Virus record (IMG/VR): IMGVR_UViG_3300042542_004122
Coordinates: 8,162-72,161 of that record
Source: a virus
Direction: 5' to 3' (one strand)
DNA: 64,000 nucleotides
The notes beneath the pieces are model-generated. The model was not told the origin of the DNA. It worked only from the letters and a program-made list of their open reading frames with translations, and made no database searches. Positions 43,439-53,712 of this stretch are shown piece by piece; position 1 is the first letter of the stretch, and the number at the start of each line of letters is the position of its first letter. The translations under genes were made by a program, and so were the position numbers.

Positions 43439-44222
43439 TGCGGAATATCTTCCAGATAGTATTCTCAGCTACTATGACTATGTAGATGAAATTGTCCTTG
43501 GATTAGACGAGGATAGGATTACCTGGAGCGGTAATAAATTCTCTTTTGACGAAGCAAAACTATATTCAGCGTTAAAAGCAATAGACGTAGATAATAAAAT
43601 TTCTATAATAGAGCATAACTTTCATCACAGTAAAGTAGCATTAGAAAACGATAACTTTGAAAGAAATTATTTAAAATCTCAATGCACTAATGATTGGATT
43701 TTTAGTGTTGATGCAGATGAGACTCTGTTGAATTCTAAAGACTTTTTCTTGAAATTCTTACCGCTGGTTGAGAGATATAACAATAGTGTTGATCTGTTGT
43801 TTACATGGTTTTTACCTTATAAAGAATTTGACGATTCATATTTAGTTATTGCTAACGAAGACAATACTTGGTTTAGAGGTGATACACAAGGGTTTGTAAC
43901 ACATAAAAATAACGAATATACCTATTGTAGATGGACTAATAACAGAAAACACCTGCGCACTCCTCTAGCAGTTTTACACTGGAGTTTCTGTAGAAAAGAA
44001 ACTAAGCTAGATCAGAAATTAAATAATTTTGGACATAGCGATAAAACTGCAAAAGATCCTTTCTTTCATAATTGGAAATTGGTAAATCTAGATAACTATA
44101 CACAGTTAAGAAATTTTAAAACTAGTGGATATGGTGCTAACCAATGGGAGAAGCTAGTCAGGGTTCCTAAAAAAGAATTTCTAAATATTGCAAATCAAGA
44201 AGCTAGAAGAGTGTACACATGA
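43401..44222 (+). CDS. GT2-like glycosyltransferase
   Basis: YVDEIV, DWIFSVDADE, HWSF...KLNNFGH. Confidence 0.8.
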   Translation: MRKKSVISLISYDAEYLPDSILSYYDYVDEIVLGLDEDRITWSGNKFSFDEAKLYSALKAIDVDNKISIIEHNFHHSKVALENDNFERNYLKSQCTNDWIFSVDADETLLNSKDFFLKFLPLVERYNNSVDLLFTWFLPYKEFDDSYLVIANEDNTWFRGDTQGFVTHKNNEYTYCRWTNNRKHLRTPLAVLHWSFCRKETKLDQKLNNFGHSDKTAKDPFFHNWKLVNLDNYTQLRNFKTSGYGANQWEKLVRVPKKEFLNIANQEARRVYT

Positions 44223-45388
44223 AAGTAGAAATTGTAGGTAAATTTTTTGATAATCATAGCTTATCTATTATTAATAGATATATTGCTATTGAACTAGATA
44301 AGCTTAGTGAAACTAACGAAGTTGAAGTATGTATTACTCCAATAGATAAGTTAGATCCTTCTTTTAAAGTAGACAAAAAATTCTTAAAAAGACTAACTGA
44401 ATTATCTAAAGATAGAAACCCAGATAAAAAGGTAGATATTCAAATTAGACATACTTATCCTCCTATGTGGGTGTGGCCTAATAACCCAGAGACTAAGGTT
44501 ATTTATATTCAACCATGGGAGTTCTCTAGAGTTCCTTTTGAATGGCAGTATAAGTTTGAAACCTTTGCAGACCATGTGATAGTTCCTAGCACTTGGGTTA
44601 GAGATAGATACTTAGAAGGTGGAATAAATCCTAGCAAGATAACTGTAATTCCTAATGGGTATAACCCAGAAGTCTTTAATAAAGAAGGCGCTTTAACTTC
44701 TTTATTCGATAATAAAAAGTTTACTTTCACGTTTGTTGGGTGTGGACAGTTTAGAAAAGGTATTGATGTTTTAATAGACACCTTTAAAGAAGTATTTGTA
44801 AAAGCTGATGCTGTAAGATTGTTTATTAAAGACTCTCCGCAGATATACGGAAATAATAATCTTCTACATGAACTCACAAGAATACAATACTATAAGAGCT
44901 GTGCCGAAATAATACTCAATGATGACTCTTTATCAGAAGAGGAAATGGCTCAAATCTATCGTTCTACAGATGTATTAGTGCATCCATATAGAGGAGAAGG
45001 TTTTGGTATGCATGTGCAGGAAGCTATGGCTTGCGGAGCATTTCCATTGATTACAGGCGGAGGTCCTACAGATGATTTCGTTAATGAAGAGTGTGGCCTG
45101 AGAATAAACTCTAGCAAGAGATTAGTTAATTTTAATGATGAAAAGATATTTGCTACTAAACCCGGAGACAGCTTAACTAACATGGGCAGCCATGGATGGG
45201 TTTTAGAACCAGACGCTACAGATCTTAGAAATAAAATGCAGTATCTATATTACCATCAGGAAAAAGATAGCATATTATCGAAAGTTAATAACGCTAAGCT
45301 GTTTACATGGGAATCTGTGGCAAAAAATTATTTCCAGACATTAGCACACATAGTATTAGACACAAGAAAACCAACTAGAATAAAATAG
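44219..45388 (+). CDS. GT4 glycosyltransferase
   Basis: VIPNG, RKGIDVL, PYRGEGFGM..QEAMACG. Confidence 0.9.
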   Translation: MKVEIVGKFFDNHSLSIINRYIAIELDKLSETNEVEVCITPIDKLDPSFKVDKKFLKRLTELSKDRNPDKKVDIQIRHTYPPMWVWPNNPETKVIYIQPWEFSRVPFEWQYKFETFADHVIVPSTWVRDRYLEGGINPSKITVIPNGYNPEVFNKEGALTSLFDNKKFTFTFVGCGQFRKGIDVLIDTFKEVFVKADAVRLFIKDSPQIYGNNNLLHELTRIQYYKSCAEIILNDDSLSEEEMAQIYRSTDVLVHPYRGEGFGMHVQEAMACGAFPLITGGGPTDDFVNEECGLRINSSKRLVNFNDEKIFATKPGDSLTNMGSHGWVLEPDATDLRNKMQYLYYHQEKDSILSKVNNAKLFTWESVAKNYFQTLAHIVLDTRKPTRIK

Positions 45389-45440
45389 TTGCTTGCTTAC
45401 TACTACACAATAGTGTTATTATTCTTTTAAAGGTAAAAAA

Positions 45441-45716
45441 GTGTATTATGACGATTTAGATTTTGGCATAGCTTATATGAAATCTGACTATAGCGGTGTC
45501 AAAGTCACCATGAATTCTTTTAGAGACAGAACATATATTCATATTAGAGAATATTTATTCGACCCAGATGAAGAAGTATGGTTTCCAACTAAAAAAGGAT
45601 ATGCTTTAAATGCAAATGAAGTAGATACTGTTATTCACTTGTTAACTAAAGCTAGTAAAAAACTAAGTGCTGATTATAAACCAGATGATCAGTTAGAATT
45701 TAATTTTGAGGAGTAA
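45441..45716 (+). CDS. PC4-like ssDNA-binding protein
   Basis: FRDRTYIHIREY...WFPTKKG. Confidence 0.8.
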   Translation: MYYDDLDFGIAYMKSDYSGVKVTMNSFRDRTYIHIREYLFDPDEEVWFPTKKGYALNANEVDTVIHLLTKASKKLSADYKPDDQLEFNFEE

Positions 45717-45718
45717 TA

Positions 45719-46042
45719 ATGAGTACAAAAGCCTGGTCCGATGAAGAAGAAGCAAAGTTAAAAGACCTATATTTAACTAAAACACAAGACATAGAAGAGA
45801 TTGCACAAGAGTTTCCGCATAAAGGATATAGAAGTATTATCTCTAAACTAGTTCAGTTAAAGATTTATCAAAAGCCAGAAGAGGCTCAGCCTGATAAAAC
45901 AAAAACAGTTAAGTTGATGTTGCGAGATCTCGAAACTATGTTAGACATAGAGATAGAAGGCACTAATCTTAACAAAAAAGAAAATCTAAAAAATCTAGTA
46001 GAATCTGTAACTAGACTTTATACTTTAGCAAACGATAAATGA
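45719..46042 (+). CDS. HTH-like protein
   Basis: WSDEEE..L...IEEIA...RSIISKL. Confidence 0.65.
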   Translation: MSTKAWSDEEEAKLKDLYLTKTQDIEEIAQEFPHKGYRSIISKLVQLKIYQKPEEAQPDKTKTVKLMLRDLETMLDIEIEGTNLNKKENLKNLVESVTRLYTLANDK

Positions 46043-46611
46043 TTATAGGAATTAGCGGTAAGCTATACAGCGGCAAAGACACCCTAGCTTCTTGCCTTTT
46101 GCATGAGTTTGACGACTATGGTGTTACTTTTATGCAAAAATCTTTTGCCTTTAAGCTCAAGAAAATGGGCGCATACTTAACAAATACTCCAGAAATTTGG
46201 TGGTTTACTCAAGAAGGTAAGCAACATTATTTACCTAAATGGGACATGACCATAGGAGAATTTCAACAAAAACTAGGAACAGAAGCCATGCGAGATAATA
46301 TTCATCCAGACGGATGGGTAATAGCGTTAATGTCTGAATACTCATCTTTTGATAACTGGATAATTACAGATGTTAGATTCCCTAACGAAGCAGAAGCAAT
46401 AAAAAAAGAAGGTGGAATCCTTATTAGGATAGATGGTGACCCTTCTGACGGAAGAAAAAACTCTAAAAGAGATCTAAATCATCCAAGTGAAACATTGCTA
46501 GATAACTACGATGGTTTTGATTATAAGATACTTAATGTGCCTCCTATTGAAATGCTACAGAAGCAAGCACATACTATTGCTTTTAACTTGCTAAGATCTA
46601 GAATTTATTAA
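46039..46611 (+). CDS. deoxynucleoside monophosphate kinase
   Basis: IIGISGKLYSGKDT, LGTE..R, ITDVRFPNE, HPSE. Confidence 0.9.
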   Translation: MIIGISGKLYSGKDTLASCLLHEFDDYGVTFMQKSFAFKLKKMGAYLTNTPEIWWFTQEGKQHYLPKWDMTIGEFQQKLGTEAMRDNIHPDGWVIALMSEYSSFDNWIITDVRFPNEAEAIKKEGGILIRIDGDPSDGRKNSKRDLNHPSETLLDNYDGFDYKILNVPPIEMLQKQAHTIAFNLLRSRIY

Positions 46612-46623
46612 TATAATATAAGA

Positions 46624-48372
46624 ATGAATTACCAAGAGCTAAAAGAGCTTGTAAAAAAGCACTGTCATCTTTATTACGATGTGAATCGTCCAGAGATATC
46701 AGACCAAGAGTTTGATCGTCTATATGACACTCTAGAAGCCTTTGAAGATGCCCAGGGATGGGCAGATTATGATTCTCCTACCAAAAAAGTAGGGGGAACC
46801 AGTGGTAAGGTAAAACATAAATATAAGTTATTCTCGCTTAGGAAAGTCTATGACCAGGAAGATATTAACCCATCTTTCAAAATCAAGACCCCTAAGGTTG
46901 ATGGTGCTAATATTTCTATCATCTATGTAGATGGCAAGATGGTTCTTGCTATGACTAGAGGTGATGGTGAGTTCGGAGAAGACGTAACTCATCTGGTTAA
47001 ACATATTCAAAATGTCCCTGCAACCGTAAAATCAACCCATAAGGAATTGGTTATTAACGGAGAGTGCGTAACAGATAATGAGGTTACTAATTTTCGTAAC
47101 TATGTGTCTGGCGCTCTAGGTCTAGACTCAGCAGAAGAGTTTAAAACCAGAAACATTAAATTCATAGCCCATGATTGGCTAGGTGTAGATATTGACTATA
47201 CAGCACGAATGAGTGTTGTAAAAGCAATGGGATTTAATACCGTATTTGATACGGAATTCTGTTCTAAATATCCGCACGATGGAGAGGTATACCGACTTGA
47301 TTCTTATAAAGAAAGTGTCGAGCTAGGTTGGACCTCTAAATATCCTAGGTTTTCAGTAGCCCTTAAACCTAGAGGTCTTCTTACGGCTATTGCCGAACTA
47401 CAGAATGTAGTTTGGGTAGTAGGACGTACAGGCTCCGTAAATCCAGTAGGTATTGTTTCTCCAATCACTCTGGATGGTGCTGTCATTACTAGAGTAACTC
47501 TTCATAATATTGGTATTATCGAAGAGCACAAACTAGCTCTAGGAGACATCATTGAGATCGAAAGGGCGGGGGGAGTTATTCCTAAGTTCCTAAAAGTAAT
47601 TGATAGAACTAATACTAACTCAAAAATTACAGCCCGTCACGCAGAAGAGCAGTTAGGTATTAAAACGTATAGAAACGGACCTAAGCTTTTTTGTGAAGAT
47701 CACGAAGATCTAAGTGCCCCTAAAGCCTTAGAGCACTTTATCAAAATTATGGGTATCAAAGGGCTAGGTCCATCTAGTGTTAAAAAGATGGAACTTACTC
47801 ACCCACTAGATCTCTACAAAGATCAAAAGTGGGCTGCCTTAGGCGCTAACGGCCCCAAGATTAAGGCAGAAATTGATAAGAGTAAAAACAAACCTTACTA
47901 TATTGTCCTAGCAGCTCTAGGAATACCGCAGGTAGGGCTAACAGCTGCTAACAGTATTGTAAGTAAAATTCCGAGGTTTGATAGGCTGAGGGATATCGAG
48001 ACAGTAAAAGTTGATGGAGTAGCGGAAAAGACTATCAATAGTATTCTCAGCTGGTTAGACGTCAACGAGGAGTGGGTATCAGAGCTCCCACTAAATCTGT
48101 CTCAGGACCTTACTACGGAAGCTATCACGGCTCCAATAAAGAAGGATAAAAAGATCTGCATAACAGGTAAATTCGATCTAACTCGAGAAGAGTTAACTGA
48201 GATTTTATCTGGCTATGGTTACGATGTTAAGACATCCGTAACACGCGATCTCTATGCTCTTATTAGCGGTGGAGATTCCACTTCTAGTAAGTTCAAAAAA
48301 GCTGAACAGTACGGTATTACTATCATAGATTTTTGGACTAATAAAGAAAAGATTTTAACTGGTCAATTCTAA
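46624..48372 (+). CDS. ligA: NAD-dependent DNA ligase, single chain
   Basis: EISDQEFD, KVDG, TRGDG, VGRTG, TLHN, RAGGVIP, C-terminal BRCT. Confidence 0.95.
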   Translation: MNYQELKELVKKHCHLYYDVNRPEISDQEFDRLYDTLEAFEDAQGWADYDSPTKKVGGTSGKVKHKYKLFSLRKVYDQEDINPSFKIKTPKVDGANISIIYVDGKMVLAMTRGDGEFGEDVTHLVKHIQNVPATVKSTHKELVINGECVTDNEVTNFRNYVSGALGLDSAEEFKTRNIKFIAHDWLGVDIDYTARMSVVKAMGFNTVFDTEFCSKYPHDGEVYRLDSYKESVELGWTSKYPRFSVALKPRGLLTAIAELQNVVWVVGRTGSVNPVGIVSPITLDGAVITRVTLHNIGIIEEHKLALGDIIEIERAGGVIPKFLKVIDRTNTNSKITARHAEEQLGIKTYRNGPKLFCEDHEDLSAPKALEHFIKIMGIKGLGPSSVKKMELTHPLDLYKDQKWAALGANGPKIKAEIDKSKNKPYYIVLAALGIPQVGLTAANSIVSKIPRFDRLRDIETVKVDGVAEKTINSILSWLDVNEEWVSELPLNLSQDLTTEAITAPIKKDKKICITGKFDLTREELTEILSGYGYDVKTSVTRDLYALISGGDSTSSKFKKAEQYGITIIDFWTNKEKILTGQF

Positions 48373-48515
48373 TTTAACAAAAATTCTAAAACTACCAATT
48401 AAGAAAATTGTTTACACTTTAATCTTGCTTAGCTCTTAGATCGCTGATATAATCTGAACATAATCAATCGGGAAACATCTGATTGAAAACAAAATAAAGA
48501 GGAAAATTAAAAACA

Positions 48516-49193
48516 ATGTCAAAGTTTGAATACACTGATGAGATGGTTGCTCGTATGCAGTCACTCTGCGCAGGTGGAGTAACTGAGGAAGTTGTAGAGT
48601 CAATCTGCACTGAGTTCGAGTTCCCACGCCGTTCAGTAACCGCCAAGCTACGTAAGCTAGGTTACGACGTGCCAAAGAAGCCCGGCGCAGCTCCTATCTT
48701 CTCTCCTGAGGAGACTGAGGCACTAAAGCAGTTCCTAGTCGCTCATAGCGGACAGCACACTGCAGAAGAGATCGCTGCTAAGTTTGGTAATGGCAACTTC
48801 AATGCTCGCCAGATCAACGGTAAGGCTCTCTCACTAGAGATGACTCAGCACATCAAGCCAGCCGAGAAGAAGGTAGCTCCAAAGAGCTATTCAGTCGAGG
48901 AAGAGGCTCTTGTTCGTAAGATGGTTGAGGAGGGTGCATATCTCGAGGATATCGCTGCTCGCCTAAACAAGCCAGTCAACTCTGTTCGTGGTAAGCTTCT
49001 ATCAATGGAGCTAAAGGCCCCACAGCGTGACAAGAAGGCTACAAAGACTGACCCATATGAGGGTATCGAGGATATGGCCGACAAGACCGTAGCCGAGATC
49101 GCAGCTCACTTCGGCAAGACTGAGCGTGGTGTTCGCACCGTTCTCACTCGTCGTAAGATGGCTTGCGCTGATTACCAGCCAAAGGCTGAGTAA
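48516..49193 (+). CDS. T5 D5-like DNA-binding protein
   Basis: Tandem HTH-like repeats; follows the ligase as in T5. Confidence 0.7.
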   Translation: MSKFEYTDEMVARMQSLCAGGVTEEVVESICTEFEFPRRSVTAKLRKLGYDVPKKPGAAPIFSPEETEALKQFLVAHSGQHTAEEIAAKFGNGNFNARQINGKALSLEMTQHIKPAEKKVAPKSYSVEEEALVRKMVEEGAYLEDIAARLNKPVNSVRGKLLSMELKAPQRDKKATKTDPYEGIEDMADKTVAEIAAHFGKTERGVRTVLTRRKMACADYQPKAE

Positions 49194-49217
49194 TAACTCA
49201 AGTAAATTGAGGGGAAG

Positions 49218-49250
49218 AAGCGGTAGGTGTAACTCACCTGCCGCTTTTTT
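49218..49250 (+). terminator. rho-independent terminator
   Basis: AAGCGGTAGGTG-TAACT-CACCTGCCGCTT followed by T run. Confidence 0.8.
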
Positions 49251-49259
49251 ATTGGTGAA

Positions 49260-49577
49260 ATGGAAAAAGATTTAGAACCTTTTGAATTATTTAATGTGCC
49301 AGAAAGCACGTTAAACTATATATTATCACTTCCTGAAGAAGAAAAAACAGGCTACTTTCATTCCATAATCTCCAGATATTACGAAGATAAAGAATTAAGT
49401 AGTGAAAAATATAAAGAACTTCAGATAGCCTATAGAGCAAGTTTTATGCTAGAAAAAATATATCGAAACAATAAAGCCCTAAGAGATGGCTTTCGACCGG
49501 TGTATTCTAAGACGGGCTTAATTAGAGATTTGACTAATGATTTATATTTTATAGCTGAAAACCTACACGTTCATTAA
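49260..49577 (+). CDS. hypothetical protein
   Basis: 105-aa ORF. Confidence 0.65.
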   Translation: MEKDLEPFELFNVPESTLNYILSLPEEEKTGYFHSIISRYYEDKELSSEKYKELQIAYRASFMLEKIYRNNKALRDGFRPVYSKTGLIRDLTNDLYFIAENLHVH

Positions 49578-49620
49578 AGTTTAAGCTAGTTAAATTGTTT
49601 GAAAAACGATAATATATAGT

Positions 49621-50628
49621 ATGACTAACTTACAAGGATATTGGCTCAAAGAAGAGCCAACATACAGACTTGCAACTTGTTGTATGTTTGATAAACCGCC
49701 TTTAGATAAAATGAATATGGGCACGACTACAAAAACTAGTGCTCTTTCTAATTATCGAAAGGCTTTAGATAAAGCCGTTTACAACGCAAATAAACTTTTA
49801 GAACAGATTAAATTTCTATCTTCTCAGCCCAAAGAGCTTAGATATTGGAGAATTAGTTCTGAACTATTCCCTTGTTATACGGTAAAGGAGATACATCCAT
49901 ATTATGGAGAAATTACAGAAACACTTAAAGATATTCTGGGACGTGCTGGTGAACTCGCCATTTCTAGCGGGATTCGCCTTTCTAGCCATCCTGGTCAGTA
50001 TACTGTCCTTGGTTCAAACCGTGCTGACGTGGTTACAAACTCTATAGAAGACCTGCATTATCACGCACAGATATTTAAGTGGATGAATATACCAGCAAAA
50101 GAAGCTATTATCAACATCCATTTACAAGGTCTCTACGGAGGTAAACACTCAGACGGTATTAGTAGATTTGCTACCAATTACAGATACTTAGATGACTATA
50201 CACAAAAAGCATTGACAGTCGAAAACGAAGACAAACCTAATGGTTATGATATTGAGCACACACTAGAGCTAGCCAGTATCATACCTATTAGATGTATGCT
50301 AGACGTACATCATTACTACTGTCATCGTAAGGGTGAAGAGTATATTACTCATACGCATCCGTACTTTAAAGAATTCTTAAAAACCTGGTATCCAATTCGC
50401 CCAGCTATGCATAAAAGCCAGAGTAAAATTGGATCATCTAGAATGAATGAACATTCAGACGAGTTTCACGATGAATTCTTTGCTAGCCTAGCAGTGCCTA
50501 TGTTAGAGTATACAGACATAGAGTGTGAGCTTAAAAACAAATGGACAGGTGTTCAAAACTTTTACAACTATGTAAAAGAAGAAGAACAAATGGCCGGAGA
50601 AAATCTAAGCCTAAAAACAGTAAATTAA
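49621..50628 (+). CDS. uvsE: UV-damage endonuclease
   Basis: RISSELFP, RLSSHPGQYTVL, INIH, LTVENED, DVHH, ECELK. Confidence 0.92.
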   Translation: MTNLQGYWLKEEPTYRLATCCMFDKPPLDKMNMGTTTKTSALSNYRKALDKAVYNANKLLEQIKFLSSQPKELRYWRISSELFPCYTVKEIHPYYGEITETLKDILGRAGELAISSGIRLSSHPGQYTVLGSNRADVVTNSIEDLHYHAQIFKWMNIPAKEAIINIHLQGLYGGKHSDGISRFATNYRYLDDYTQKALTVENEDKPNGYDIEHTLELASIIPIRCMLDVHHYYCHRKGEEYITHTHPYFKEFLKTWYPIRPAMHKSQSKIGSSRMNEHSDEFHDEFFASLAVPMLEYTDIECELKNKWTGVQNFYNYVKEEEQMAGENLSLKTVN

Positions 50629-50649
50629 TTCAATACATTTCTACATATT

Positions 50650-50690
50650 AATGCGTTAGTTTCAATTCAAGTTGACTAACGCATTTTTAT
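50650..50690 (+). terminator. rho-independent terminator
   Basis: AATGCGTTAGT...ACTAACGCATT followed by T run. Confidence 0.7.
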
Positions 50691-50721
50691 TTGCTAGAAT
50701 CTATTGATATAAGGATTAAAC

Positions 50722-51486
50722 ATGGCAGTAAAAAAAGAAATACCTGAGTCTAAAATTCGACAGGTTATCTGGATGCTCAAGGCAGGTAAAACTAAAAAGG
50801 CCTGCTGCGAACATCTTGGTATTGCGTATAATACCAAGAGACTAGATACTATTATCACAGAATTCAAAGAAGGTCTTGAAAGAGAAGAACGCCTTAAGAA
50901 AGAAATTCGCTCTAAACCTATTGATGAGGCAACAAAAAAATCAATTATAGGTTCATACCTAAAAGGAGAAAGTACTTCTTCTATTGCAGAAAGTCTATAT
51001 CTAACTCCTCAGAAAATTAAACAAGTTCTTATCGAAGGTAACGTACCTATTAGAGCACGCTCAAAAAGAGGCGAGGCTAATGTAGACCATGTTATTCAAG
51101 ACCTAGATAAAAAGTTCGTCAAGGGTGAAAAAGTATTTGTTGCAAAAAATAACAGTTTTGCTATAGTAAAAGAAATATACGACGAAGAGTATTTAGAGAG
51201 ATTCGACAATGCTCATCTAAAGTCGGTAGAATTACATTCTTGGGCTAAGTTAGCTCCTGACCAAGAGCCTGTAGAGGGTATTCATTATGAATCATACTAC
51301 ATCCTTGATGACGGTAGTCAGTGGAAAAGATTCGCTGCCCAGAATTTTATTAACAGAGTCACAAAAATAATCGAAGAAACAGGAAGAGAAACTTATCTAG
51401 TATATCATATCGGTGATTATTCATATTTCGCCGAATACTATAGAAGAGATCTCTTTCCTATAGCAGGGAGTAACCCAGTTGCTTGA
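50722..51486 (+). CDS. hypothetical DNA-binding protein
   Basis: TKKACCEHLGIAYNTKRL plus a second HTH-like segment. Confidence 0.7.
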   Translation: MAVKKEIPESKIRQVIWMLKAGKTKKACCEHLGIAYNTKRLDTIITEFKEGLEREERLKKEIRSKPIDEATKKSIIGSYLKGESTSSIAESLYLTPQKIKQVLIEGNVPIRARSKRGEANVDHVIQDLDKKFVKGEKVFVAKNNSFAIVKEIYDEEYLERFDNAHLKSVELHSWAKLAPDQEPVEGIHYESYYILDDGSQWKRFAAQNFINRVTKIIEETGRETYLVYHIGDYSYFAEYYRRDLFPIAGSNPVA

Positions 51487-52849
51487 TCTACAAAAACTAA
51501 CTCTAGGTAGGCTTTTGGCTACTAGAGATAACGATTTCTATTCAAAACTTATGCCGGAATATTTCTCTGGCATGAGTCTTGTGCTATTTGATAAGATTAA
51601 AAACTTCTATAAGGCTAATCTTAGACTGCCTAGCATAGAAGAATTACTAATTGTACATAAAGATGTTGCTTTACAAGACTATATTGATACTCAGATTCTA
51701 TCTGATACTAATAAGTACGAAACTATTGCTAATGCATTTCTAGTAGGTCAGTTACAAGATCATTATGTAAGAGAAGATACTATCAGATTTCTAGACAAGT
51801 TTATGGATGATTTTGAAAACTATGAAAAAGTAGAAATCATTGATAAACTGCAAGAACACGTTTTACAACTTAATAAAGCGTCTCCATCAGTAGATGAACT
51901 ATTTGATGTAGGAGAATTAGAATTCTTTCCTAAAGGAGACGACTTTACCCTATATCCATCAGGTCTTAGTACTGAATATGATTCAGTTAATGGAGGATTT
52001 GCTCTTCAGGAACTAGTCCTTCTAGGCGGTCGTAGAGGTAGTGGAAAATCTATTATAAGTTTGAATTGCGCCTTTAATCGTTTCAAACAAGGCGCTACTG
52101 TAGCTTTCTTTACCATTGAAATGAGATACAAAGAGGTATACGATCGACTTCTATCTATAATTAGTGAAGTTCCATTTCTGGATATCTATAGAAACGAACT
52201 AAAAGAAGATCAAAAGTTAAGAATACTTCAAGCTAAGGTAAATACTTTTTATCAGCCAGAACCAGAGCTTTTAAAGCTAGTAGATGAAACTACTAGAACT
52301 AAAGACTTTGATAGGTTTGAACTAGAGATGAAAAATCGAAAGTTTCCTATGAAAGATAATAGGTTCTTTCTGATAGACGATGAAAGCTTGAATCTTTCTA
52401 GAATAGATCACTATTGTAATCTATTCAGTAGTAAATATCCTAACTTTAATATGGCTGTAGTTGACTACATCAACATCATTAAGATACCAGATCAAAAAGA
52501 CTGGAAATCTCAGATCGTATTGTCAGACAGCTTGAAATCTGTAGCAAGAAAGTATAATATAACAGTGCTTTCTCCTTTCCAGATTGATTCTTCTGGAGAA
52601 GCGCGATTTGCAAAAGGTATCTTAGATTTCGCAGACAGAGCTTTTAGCTTCATGCCTGTAGATCAGGAAAAAGATCCTAATAAACTGAAAATGTTAACCT
52701 CTAAGATAAGAAATGGTAAAACGATTAACTTTGAAGTATTCATGAACTGGCCTTGTGTTAAGATTGACCCAAGCCAGAGTAAAGTAATTAATGAACAGCT
52801 TCTACCCGGTGAGAGATACGGATCAGAAGAATCATCAAAGGATTTATAA
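51479..52849 (+). CDS. DnaB-like replicative helicase
   Basis: GGRRGSGKS, FFTIEM, VVDYIN, ARFAKGILD.AD. Confidence 0.9.
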   Translation: MLDLQKLTLGRLLATRDNDFYSKLMPEYFSGMSLVLFDKIKNFYKANLRLPSIEELLIVHKDVALQDYIDTQILSDTNKYETIANAFLVGQLQDHYVREDTIRFLDKFMDDFENYEKVEIIDKLQEHVLQLNKASPSVDELFDVGELEFFPKGDDFTLYPSGLSTEYDSVNGGFALQELVLLGGRRGSGKSIISLNCAFNRFKQGATVAFFTIEMRYKEVYDRLLSIISEVPFLDIYRNELKEDQKLRILQAKVNTFYQPEPELLKLVDETTRTKDFDRFELEMKNRKFPMKDNRFFLIDDESLNLSRIDHYCNLFSSKYPNFNMAVVDYINIIKIPDQKDWKSQIVLSDSLKSVARKYNITVLSPFQIDSSGEARFAKGILDFADRAFSFMPVDQEKDPNKLKMLTSKIRNGKTINFEVFMNWPCVKIDPSQSKVINEQLLPGERYGSEESSKDL

Positions 52850-52854
52850 AATAA

Positions 52855-53712
52855 ATGGATCTTATAACTATATTAGAAGATAGAGGAATTCCTTTTAAGA
52901 AAACAAATAATCCTTCTACTATCTTAATTAAATGCACTTCTGGTTTACACGAAGATAGAGATCCTTCACTAAGCTATAACTTAGACAAAAATGTATTTAA
53001 ATGTTGGAGTTGTGACTTTAAAGGCGGAGGATCTAAGTTTTTGCAATCTATAGGAATTGTAACTAGAGTTCCCATAGAAACTAAGCAAAGATTTAAAATT
53101 CAAAAGCTTAAACAGAAAGTTACGTCTTTTATTGAAAAAGACAATCTAAAGTTACCTAATAACAGGACAGAAGTAGATTTTCCGTTTAAAGGAATATCTG
53201 AAGAAGTATTGCAAGAATTTGGAACATTCCTAACTCACGAGATGGGAATGGAAGATTATATTTGCATACCAGTCTATCAATTTGGTAGACTAAGATTTAT
53301 AGAAGGTCGATTAAGACTTACTAGTAGTAAAAAACCGAAATACTTTCGTAGACCTATGGGAGCCTCTGTTACACAGATACTATTCCCATTAGATAAAATA
53401 GAACAAACAAAAGAAATTATATTAGTAGAAGGTATATTCGATATGTTAAATATGTGGCAGCACGGATTTAGAAATGTTCTATGTATATTTGGGACTCAAA
53501 ATTTTGGTCCTAAAAAAGTAGAACTTCTAGATCAAATAGGAATTACTAAAGTTCATCTTCTAATGGATGGAGATTCTGCTGGTATAAGAGCTGCTGCTAG
53601 TATTCAAAAACTACTAGAACTAAATAACATAGAAGTAAGAAATATAAGCTTACCTCCAGGAAGAGATCCCGGAGATCTATCAAAATATGAATTGGAACAA
53701 GCAATAAAATGA
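52855..53712 (+). CDS. DNA primase (CHC2 zinc finger + TOPRIM)
   Basis: C...HEDRDPS...CWSC; LVEGIFD; MDGDSAG; DPG. Confidence 0.9.
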   Translation: MDLITILEDRGIPFKKTNNPSTILIKCTSGLHEDRDPSLSYNLDKNVFKCWSCDFKGGGSKFLQSIGIVTRVPIETKQRFKIQKLKQKVTSFIEKDNLKLPNNRTEVDFPFKGISEEVLQEFGTFLTHEMGMEDYICIPVYQFGRLRFIEGRLRLTSSKKPKYFRRPMGASVTQILFPLDKIEQTKEIILVEGIFDMLNMWQHGFRNVLCIFGTQNFGPKKVELLDQIGITKVHLLMDGDSAGIRAAASIQKLLELNNIEVRNISLPPGRDPGDLSKYELEQAIK

